NCBI GenBank assembly: GCA_009780875.1
Contig: WQZE01000001.1
Span: 1-26,652, forward strand
Source of the DNA: Bacillota bacterium
GTDB lineage: Bacteria > Bacillota > Clostridia > Christensenellales > Pumilibacteraceae
Direction: 5' to 3'
Length of the DNA stretch: 26,652 bases
Numbering within the stretch: the first letter of the stretch is position 1; each line of letters begins with the position of its first letter. Shown one piece after another: positions 1 to 6,832 of this stretch. Under the pieces are notes generated by a model, which was not told the DNA's origin, did no database searches, and was given only the letters and a program-made list of their open reading frames with translations. The position numbers and the translations under genes were made by a program.

Positions 1-2
1 AA

Positions 3-617
3 GTGCGAGATGCAAAAATGAATCTCACCAAAGCAGAGGAACAACATATGGATGAGATTGCGCTGGTTGGTGAAAGTGTTTTTGAAAATATGGGTTCTGA
101 TTGGGAACAAGCATTTTCACAATTTGTAGATGTTTTGAATGCAGATGAATTGCAAATTATGAACACGATGATAGACAAAATGAATGAGGGCAAAGTGGAT
201 GGGAGCCTGGAAAGAGGTACTTTTAGAATCCATTTGTATGTCCAATTTTCAACGGGATATTTTGTCGGGTATTTGGTCTCTGGATTGATAGTGACTTTTA
301 TTTCTAGTATTGTGGTTTCTATGATAGGTGCAGGGACGGCGGCAGGTGGACCCGTAGGATCCGTTGTAGGCACGATTGTGGGTGCCCTTATTGGTGGGGC
401 AATACAGTCTAGTGTGCAAAATTTGATTGATAGGAGTGGACAAGGCGGATTTTACCGCAAATTGATTGATGAGTCATTTTGGTTTTTGTGGAACGGAAAG
501 TGGGAGAAAAATTTGTTGGACTATTTGATGGATTTGATTAGTTTTGCAGGTGGTGGATTTATTGGTGGGAGTTTTTCAGGTGTGCCAAGTGGACAAGTGA
601 GATTGCAATATGCTTAA
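3..617 (+). CDS. Hypothetical glycine-zipper membrane protein (5' end may lie outside the window)
   Basis: Open frame from the window edge. Long hydrophobic stretch followed by GAGTAAGGPVGSVVGTIVGALIGGA (GxxxG-type repeats). Stop overlaps the next start (ATGCTTAA, 610-617). Confidence 0.7.
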   Translation: MRDAKMNLTKAEEQHMDEIALVGESVFENMGSDWEQAFSQFVDVLNADELQIMNTMIDKMNEGKVDGSLERGTFRIHLYVQFSTGYFVGYLVSGLIVTFISSIVVSMIGAGTAAGGPVGSVVGTIVGALIGGAIQSSVQNLIDRSGQGGFYRKLIDESFWFLWNGKWEKNLLDYLMDLISFAGGGFIGGSFSGVPSGQVRLQYA

Positions 618-1422
618 AAAATTATATTTATTGAGTTTTTCGTTGTTTTTTGTTTTGCCCGTCATTGCAATGTGTATCAAATTATTTTTGAGGGTGCAGA
701 GTCAGTTTGTGCTGATGGATGGGATTGTGCTGGGCGTGTGTTTGGTGGTTTTTGGGCTGTCTAGTTTGGTGGTGCACATACGCAAAAACAAAATAAAAAG
801 AATCAACGAGAAAGTCGTGCCATATTTGTTGGTGAGTGCAGTGGTGCTGTTTTTTGCGGTACGATTGTTGCCAAGACCGTATACGGACGACAAGATTTTT
901 GGTTGGTTTGACAATGTGTGGGATGTGCGGTTGCATTTGTTGTATGGTGTGCTTTTGGGTATTGTGTTGATTCAAGGCATTGCAGCGTTTTTTGCAATCA
1001 AGCAAAGGCAAGTGGCAGTGCGTGTTTTGTGCTTTCCAAAGTCGTACAAATTGCTTGCAGTTGTCGCCTTGATAGATTTTTTTGTATTGTTTGTGACCGC
1101 ACTTGTCAAAACAATGTTGCAAAGGGGTCATGGCACTTTGGATGGGATTGTTTGTGGGGCGTTGGCTGTGATGTACTTGTATTATGTTGGACTTGTGTGG
1201 TTTTTGAATAAAGCACGAGTGCCCAAAAATACTTGGGCAAAGATGGCGATTGTGGTGCCCATAGTTCTTGGATTGTTGTGGGTGGTGGTTTTGGTTTTGC
1301 CTGTTGACTTTTGGGCGGACAAATTGTTGTATCTTGTCTTGGGTGTCTCCAATCTTGGTGCACTAGGCATTTTTTGGCACGGTGTCAGCAAAGGGAACAA
1401 CCAACAAGAGTGTTTTGAGTAG
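610..1422 (+). CDS. Hypothetical polytopic membrane protein (about 7-8 hydrophobic segments)
   Basis: 270-aa ORF of alternating hydrophobic and basic segments, translationally coupled to the upstream ORF. Confidence 0.75.
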   Translation: MLKKLYLLSFSLFFVLPVIAMCIKLFLRVQSQFVLMDGIVLGVCLVVFGLSSLVVHIRKNKIKRINEKVVPYLLVSAVVLFFAVRLLPRPYTDDKIFGWFDNVWDVRLHLLYGVLLGIVLIQGIAAFFAIKQRQVAVRVLCFPKSYKLLAVVALIDFFVLFVTALVKTMLQRGHGTLDGIVCGALAVMYLYYVGLVWFLNKARVPKNTWAKMAIVVPIVLGLLWVVVLVLPVDFWADKLLYLVLGVSNLGALGIFWHGVSKGNNQQECFE

Positions 1423-1575
1423 GATGCCACGGGAGGAATTGAAAGATTGAAACTGGGGGTTTACAAGATTTGCGTGGGATAGATTATTTGAACAATGGGA
1501 TGGAACACTAGGTGTGAAAAAACTTGTCGTTTTGCCGGGTTTGTGGGATGGTTTTTTAGGGTTATTGCGTATACA

Positions 1576-1621
1576 AAAAAATATCTTTCCCCAAAGTTGC
1601 TTTTGGGGAAAGATATTTTTT
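1576..1621. terminator. Bidirectional intrinsic terminator
   Basis: 20-bp perfect stem AAAAAATATCTTTCCCCAAA / TTTGGGGAAAGATATTTTTT with a 6-nt loop, between convergent genes. Confidence 0.9.
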
Positions 1622-1625
1622 AGGA

Positions 1626-2864
1626 TTATTTTTTAGGATTATTTTTTTGCCCGTTTTGGTTGGGCTGTGGTTTGCGTGGTGGTCTTTGGGGTTTGGGGCG
1701 TGGGGTGAACACGGTCATTGGGTAGGGGTTTTCAGCCGGTTCGGGGATGTCTTTTTTGATGGTGCGTTGGATGTCTTTGAGATAGGGGAGCTCGTCATAA
1801 TCGCAAAAAGAAATCGCAAGTCCATCTTTGCCCGCTCTGCCCGTCCTTCCAATGCGGTGCACATAGGACTCGGGCTCGTTGGGGAGTTCGTAATTGAAGA
1901 CAAGTTCAAGGTTGTCAATATCAATGCCCCTGGCCGCAATATCGGTCGCCACCAAAATTTTGAGACGCCCTTGTTTGAATCCTTGCAAAGCACTTTGTCG
2001 TGCTCCTTGGGATTTGTCTCCGTGGATGGCCGCCGAGGGAATATTTTGCTTTTTGAGGCGGTCGCACAACCTGTCTGCACCGTGCTTGGTTCTGCAAAAA
2101 ACCAAGGCTCTTGGGTTGTTGTGTTGTTTGAGCAAATCAATGATGAGGTCTGGCTTGGATGCACGGTCCGTTTTGTAGACAAGTTGGGTGATCTTGTCAA
2201 CCGTACTAGATGGTGGGGTGATGGTGATATTGACGGGGTCACGCAAAAGGGTTTGTGTCATTTTGAGTATCTCAGAGGGCATCGTTGCCGTGAAAAACAA
2301 GGTTTGTTTTTGTGTGGGCAAAAATTCAAGACACCGCTTGACATCGTTGATAAACCCCATATCAAGCATACGGTCCGCCTCATCCAAGACAAATATTTTG
2401 ATTTGCTCAATGGACAATACGCCTTGCCACACCAAATCAAGCAAGCGACCAGGCGTCGCCACCAAGATATCTACGCCTTGTTTGAGTGCCAACTCTTGTG
2501 GGTGTTGGGACACGCCGCCAATCAACAAGCAAAGCCGTTGTTTGGTGTATCTGCCATAAGCACGCAAACTCTCATCAATTTGCAAAGCCAACTCCCGTGT
2601 AGGGGTCAGTATCTAGGCCCTTGCTCTTTTGGCAGGTGGGAGTGCGAGAAGTTCGGGCGAGGGTGGATTGTTGTGCAAGTATTGCAAAATAGGAATTGCA
2701 AATGCCGCTGTCTTGCCAGTGCCGGTTTGGGCACAGCCCAAGACATCACGCCCTTGCAAGGCAGGAGGGATGGCTTGTTGTTGAATGGGGGAGGGGGTTT
2801 CGTACCCCTCTTTTTTGATGGCGTCCAAAATCCTTGGTACAATGTTGAGGTCAATAAAGTTCAT
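1626..2864 (-). pseudogene. DEAD-box RNA helicase (RhlE-like) with one in-frame TAG at 2613-2615
   Basis: One frame carries the Q motif ([14 protein letters not shown]), motif I (AQTGTGKT), then RARA*ILTPTRELALQ (motif Ia), TPGRLLD, DEAD, TAT, HGDKSQGAR and HRIGRTGRAG. The two ORF-track pieces (2613-2915 and 1626-2591) share this frame. Confidence 0.85.
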
Positions 2865-2870
2865 ACTCAC

Positions 2871-2899
2871 ATTATACCAAAAAACAAACAAAAAAGCAA
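2871..2899 (-). promoter_or_regulatory. Sigma-A promoter of the helicase gene (extended -10, probably leaderless mRNA)
   Basis: TTGCTT-17 bp-TATAAT with a TG extension (TGGTATAAT). ATG follows 6 nt after the -10 hexamer; no Shine-Dalgarno. Confidence 0.7.
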
Positions 2900-2923
2900 G
2901 CACAATGCCGTGCAATGTGCTTG
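2890..2923 (-). terminator. Probable intrinsic terminator downstream of the flavin reductase gene
   Basis: Minus strand: CAAGCACA-11 nt-TGTGCTTG stem followed by CTTTTTT. Confidence 0.55.
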
Positions 2924-3049
2924 TGTTTGGATTTATTTCAAAATTGGTTGCGATGAGCCGTCTGATTTTAAACTTGATTATAAAATAATCATAATGTTTA
3001 GCAGGGGCGTTGCATCACAAGATGTTACAAATAATTTAGCACGCAGACA

Positions 3050-3146
3050 TTTTGAATCCCAAAGTCCAACAAATTCTTTTCATTCGGTGATTTTGATACC
3101 CGAAGTCCAACCAAATATACTCATCAGGGGCTTTGAATCCCAAAGT
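3050..3146. repeat. Three imperfect direct repeats with 40-41 bp period
   Basis: TTTGAATCCCAAAGT (3051), TTTGATACCCGAAGT (3092), TTTGAATCCCAAAGT (3132). The first two continue with CCAAC. Confidence 0.7.
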
Positions 3147-3178
3147 TTCTGAATCCAGAATATTATTCAGAAACTTTG
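3141..3178. repeat. 14-bp perfect inverted repeat spanning the flavin reductase stop codon
   Basis: CAAAGTTTCTGAAT (3141-3154), 10-nt spacer, ATTCAGAAACTTTG (3165-3178). Confidence 0.8.
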
Positions 3179-3660
3179 ATTTCTAGAATCTCTCCAATAT
3201 ACATCATATGATAGTCTTGTTTGGGATACAGTTTTTCTATGTGTTCTTTTTGCAAAAAGCAAGCAGGGTCAAAGTATTGTGCCGACATTTTTTTGCACAC
3301 ATACACCTTTTTGGACTCCACAAAGTAGGGGGCATCGTGACTGTACTCCACCGCCATCCCACTGGTCTTGATTTTGTCCTCTCTAAAACCGCTGGCCGCA
3401 CCAAAATACTTGTGCTTGTCGTGGTGTTCATCTTTCAAAAAAGACACCGCAAAAGTATCCACCGCATCCAATATGGTCTTGGTGTGCCGCTGTGGTCTGA
3501 CCACCAAATAAAACACGGGCTTGTTCCACATATAGCCAATACCACCCCAAGCCACGGTCATCGCTCCTGTCTTGTCGCCATCCCTAGCCGACACCACCGC
3601 TCAATCCCGAAACAACTCCTCAAAAAAAGGATTGCTCTCACCAACGCCAATCGTTTTCAT
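3163..3660 (-). pseudogene. Flavin reductase-like (flavoredoxin-type) protein with one in-frame TGA at 3601-3603
   Basis: ATG at 3660 after a G-rich SD gives MKTIGVGESNPFFEELFRD*AVVSARDGDKTGAMTVAWGGIGYMWNKPV...RPQRHT...DYHMMYIGEI. The stop falls where this family typically has Trp (as in NPF..IGKDWMLITAG). Confidence 0.75.
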
Positions 3661-3929
3661 ACCCCCCCCCTAGAACACACCATTGCCACGGTAAAACGGC
3701 AATGATACCGTTATCTCAATGAAATGTACAAATGTGCACTCAACCAATGTATTTTAGAATATCATTTTGTGTCACTTTTGTCAAGTGAATTTGTACATAT
3801 CCGCATCGCATAGGACTGTTTTTGATTCGTATGCAGTAGATCCTATTGCAACCTATGGGCAATGGGATTGATTTATGAAAGTGTGAGGTAGTGAATACGC
3901 TATTACTCTGCGACATAGAAATAAATATG

Positions 3930-3959
3930 TTTTTTGAATAATTTAAATTATTCAAAAAA
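3930..3959. promoter_or_regulatory. Perfect 30-bp palindrome just upstream of the -35 box
   Basis: TTTTTTGAATAATTT|AAATTATTCAAAAAA with no spacer; ends 4 nt before TTGACA. Confidence 0.7.
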
Positions 3960-3963
3960 ACAA

Positions 3964-3992
3964 TTGACAAATTATGTAGAAAGGAGTATAAT
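3964..3992 (+). promoter_or_regulatory. Perfect consensus sigma-A promoter pointing into the island
   Basis: TTGACA (3964-3969)-17 bp-TATAAT (3987-3992). Confidence 0.9.
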
Positions 3993-4020
3993 TATAAAAT
4001 AAAGTGTTTCTTTTTGATAA

Positions 4021-4051
4021 GTACACAACAAAGGATAATTGTATATTATGG
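4021..4051 (+). repeat. Left copy of the 31-bp inverted repeat (contains AAAGGA RBS and ATG at 4048)
   Basis: GTACACAACAAAGGATAATTGTATATTATGG; 31/31 identical to the reverse complement of 8549-8579. Confidence 0.95.
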
Positions 4052-4584
4052 GTTTGTTTTATTTATCTTGCAATCTTAAAATATCTGAACTGGCAAGTTT
4101 TGCTCAAATTATATTTTACTTGCTCACATTCATCTTTACAATGCTACCGATTGGGATAAATCAACTCTTTCTACGGCCAGCACAAGAGGCCGCCCAGCAA
4201 ATAGTAGAGTTAGAAAAAGTGCTGGATAAGATAGCACAGATATACAAGACCCCATCGCTATTATTGCCTGAAATTCAAGCAAAACTTGTGGCAGAAGTTC
4301 AACAAATTTCTGTCCGCTATAATTATCCTAATAAAAAATTTTTACGCTTTATATATCGCACCATATCTCGTAAAATTTTTTGCCAATTTATAAATACATC
4401 TGCATATATCCGAACAAATCTTGAAAGGATATACGGACGCATCTTATCGTGGCAATCCGAGATGGGCAATGATGGGGAAAAATTATACCCATCTAGATTT
4501 AATGCAACAAAAATAATGATTGAAGACATTGCGAACAGAAAAAGATGGGGAAAATATTGTGAAAACAAGCAGAAATTTGAATAA
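4048..4584 (+). CDS. Hypothetical protein with one N-terminal transmembrane segment and a predicted helical region (178 aa)
   Basis: AAAGGA RBS and ATG inside the left repeat. Hydrophobic segment FAQIIFYLLTFIFTMLPIGI. Stop lies 1 nt before the next ATG. Confidence 0.75.
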   Translation: MGLFYLSCNLKISELASFAQIIFYLLTFIFTMLPIGINQLFLRPAQEAAQQIVELEKVLDKIAQIYKTPSLLLPEIQAKLVAEVQQISVRYNYPNKKFLRFIYRTISRKIFCQFINTSAYIRTNLERIYGRILSWQSEMGNDGEKLYPSRFNATKIMIEDIANRKRWGKYCENKQKFE

Positions 4585-4585
4585 A

Positions 4586-6832
4586 ATGACTCCTATTTTT
4601 TGGGTAGGAATCCGTGAGTCTGAAATATCCGACAGTCAACATTTATTTGCTGGGAGTGTTACCTATTATGGCTCTAATCAAAATGGGAATAGGTCTTATT
4701 GCAATGAGCGTGTTTGCATCTATTCAATTTCATCAGAGGCAAAATTGTTTGTTAAAAATAGTTTGTTAGAGATAATTGCCATCCACCCCGATTGTTCTTT
4801 TTTGTGGTATAATTTGGAAAAAGCTTATTGCTATGGTGAAGAGATTTTGAAGAAATCCTTGGGACTCAATAGCCAAGACTTGTTTCAAACATTCAACAAC
4901 AAAATTCAAACTCGCTTTTGGGCTGAACAATTTTGTAGTGTACCTACTTCAAAAAAAATATTGGGCCAAGCGTGTGAGTACAAATACTTACAGTGTCAAA
5001 TGAGCAATGCCAAAGCATTTATTATTCAAGAGGCATTGGGTTCTGGTGGGAAAACTTCCTATTTGATGACTAGCAAGAATCAGGATGTAGTGTATAATCT
5101 TCTCACCCCGCAAAATGAATACTTGGTTTCGGCTTATATTGAACACAGTATATCTGTCAATGTGCACGCACTCATTGCGGACAAGCATATTGCCGTGTCT
5201 AATGGTTCATTGCAGATAATAGAGAATGAAAATAATACTTTTTTATACAAAGGCGGAGATTATATTGCTTTCTCACAACTAGATTTTCCCACACAAAAAA
5301 AAATCAATCAAACTGCTCAAATACTTTGCAAACATTTACAAAGCCAGGGTTATAGAGGCATTGTAGGACTGGACTTTGTAGTAGATGCCAACAATAATGA
5401 ATACTTTATTGAGTTCAATTGTAGGTTTCAATCTTCTACAATGCTTTTAAACACGGCGCTCATAAAAAACAATAAAAGGAGTGTTTTTGAACAACATATC
5501 CAATGTTTTGCAGACGGCTACAAACCAGATTTGACCGTATGCGTAAGTCAAAGTTTTTACAAATACTATTGCAATTTTGATGTTTCAATTTTGCACCCAA
5601 AATTGAAATTATTGGAACAACATAGTTCAACTAAAATTTTTTATAATGGACTCTCTTTGGACTCAACTAAACAAGGACAGTATATGTTTGATGTGACATA
5701 CAATAGGTCTATTTGTGACATATCACCTAATCATACGCTATGGGTAAGCGAAAATATAAAATTTGAAAAAGATGTAGTGCGATTTAATAAGTTGGATGAC
5801 AAGTTGTGGCATAAGGCAAACTTGCTAACGAGAGGAGTTAGAATAGATTTAGAAGAAATAGAAAAAGCAATTGGAAAAATAAAAGAAGGAACTTTTTCTT
5901 CTATTGATATGACTCTTGAAAATGGGCTGTATGTGAATTGTCCTGTCAATATAGAATTTACACAACTAAGTCCTTATCGTGTGCGAGTGATAGCAGGAGT
6001 TTGCACGCTATGTTTCTTTGATACGCCTCTTTGCACAGTGGAGATAGAATCATTAAATCCCCATATTGAATCCAAAGTAACCAAATCAGGTCATCCCATC
6101 AAAAGAATTGCTTATTTGTCTGGGGATAGGATTCGCATCACCTGTGCACCCTCCTGCTGCTTCAAAGACTCTATGCAAGGGTGCAAATTTTGTAACTCCA
6201 CAAGAAAGCCCAAGGACTATTCCTTGTCTGACATTTTAGACACCTTGGAAATTTGCAAACAACATATTCCTTGCCGTCATTATTTGATTGGTGGCGGCAG
6301 TGATGAGAGTGCTTATGGATGGGAAACTATTTGCCTCATTGCAAACAAATTAAAATCCATAACGACAGAAATCAGTTGTATGTGCATCCCCCCATCCGAT
6401 CCAAAGACTCTTGAAAAAATGAAGGCAAACGGAATCACTGATGTGTCTATCAATATAGAAATTTTTGATGAAAACCAAGCCATCGCACATATGCCCGGTA
6501 AGGGGCGTATTGCAAGGGAGCATTATTTTGATACACTCAAAAAAGCCGTATCCATATGGGGCACGGGCAATGTGCGAAGCATCGTGATACTGGGTCTAGA
6601 GCCAATGGGTACTCTGCTTTCCGGCATTGAGAGACTATGTCAACTAGGGGTTCAACCTGTACTGTCGGTGTTCAGACCTACAGCCGGATGTGATTATGAA
6701 AATAATATCTCACCGCCCATAGACTATTTGCTTGATGTGTATCAGCAAATTGAACAAATTTGCATCAAGAACAAGGTTGAACTAGGGCCTCGGTGTCCAA
6801 GGTGCCAGAACAACATCATGATTGTGGAATAA
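4586..6832 (+). CDS. ATP-grasp ligase / radical SAM fusion protein (748 aa)
   Basis: N-terminal half has ATP-grasp motifs (EALGSGGKTSYL; SAYIE; GYRGIVGLDFVV..FIEFNCRFQSST). C-terminal half has a Cys cluster (CAPSCCFKDSMQGCKFC), barrel-like motifs (LIGGG, SINIEIFD, MPGKG, VILGLE, SVFRP) and a terminal CPRC. Confidence 0.8.
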   Translation: MTPIFWVGIRESEISDSQHLFAGSVTYYGSNQNGNRSYCNERVCIYSISSEAKLFVKNSLLEIIAIHPDCSFLWYNLEKAYCYGEEILKKSLGLNSQDLFQTFNNKIQTRFWAEQFCSVPTSKKILGQACEYKYLQCQMSNAKAFIIQEALGSGGKTSYLMTSKNQDVVYNLLTPQNEYLVSAYIEHSISVNVHALIADKHIAVSNGSLQIIENENNTFLYKGGDYIAFSQLDFPTQKKINQTAQILCKHLQSQGYRGIVGLDFVVDANNNEYFIEFNCRFQSSTMLLNTALIKNNKRSVFEQHIQCFADGYKPDLTVCVSQSFYKYYCNFDVSILHPKLKLLEQHSSTKIFYNGLSLDSTKQGQYMFDVTYNRSICDISPNHTLWVSENIKFEKDVVRFNKLDDKLWHKANLLTRGVRIDLEEIEKAIGKIKEGTFSSIDMTLENGLYVNCPVNIEFTQLSPYRVRVIAGVCTLCFFDTPLCTVEIESLNPHIESKVTKSGHPIKRIAYLSGDRIRITCAPSCCFKDSMQGCKFCNSTRKPKDYSLSDILDTLEICKQHIPCRHYLIGGGSDESAYGWETICLIANKLKSITTEISCMCIPPSDPKTLEKMKANGITDVSINIEIFDENQAIAHMPGKGRIAREHYFDTLKKAVSIWGTGNVRSIVILGLEPMGTLLSGIERLCQLGVQPVLSVFRPTAGCDYENNISPPIDYLLDVYQQIEQICIKNKVELGPRCPRCQNNIMIVE

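Noticed and set aside
1616-1646. 13-bp tandem duplication (TTTTAGGATTATT x2) at the helicase stop codon
   Set aside because: A short AT-rich slippage product next to the terminator, with no evident functional consequence.
3050-3146. CRISPR mini-array
   Set aside because: The repeats are short and degenerate, the 40-41 bp period leaves spacers far too short, and there are no cas genes.
1647-3152. 501-aa plus-strand ORF
   Set aside because: Antisense shadow of the DEAD-box helicase; no recognisable motifs or RBS.
1626-3660. Genome-wide stop-codon reassignment (TAG as Leu, TGA as Trp) to explain the two in-frame stops
   Set aside because: Both codons end well-conserved genes at their expected termini in this window: TGA ends rsmG (…RTNPL, 14787) and the ATPase (11294); TAG ends the SIS gene (…KVTITK, 13039) and azoR (11979). 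TGG is used freely for Trp.
3740-3970. 76-aa minus-strand ORF or decayed gene left of the island promoter
   Set aside because: No RBS, it runs through the palindrome and promoter, and no frame on either strand gave a recognisable protein.
4520-4585. ORF-track N-terminal extensions (also 8670-8768, 13127-13183, 14047-14109, 22255-22311 and 23042-23149)
   Set aside because: Downstream ATGs fit better on RBS position, translational coupling or family N-termini, so starts were reassigned.
2613-6832. Pyrrolysine system (radical SAM plus ATP-grasp resembling PylB/PylC, next to an in-frame amber codon)
   Set aside because: No pylT, pylS or pylD in the window. The Cys motif is not the canonical Cx3Cx2C of PylB. 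The TAG occupies a hydrophobic Leu-type position one base from TTG. Only a functional analogy is retained.
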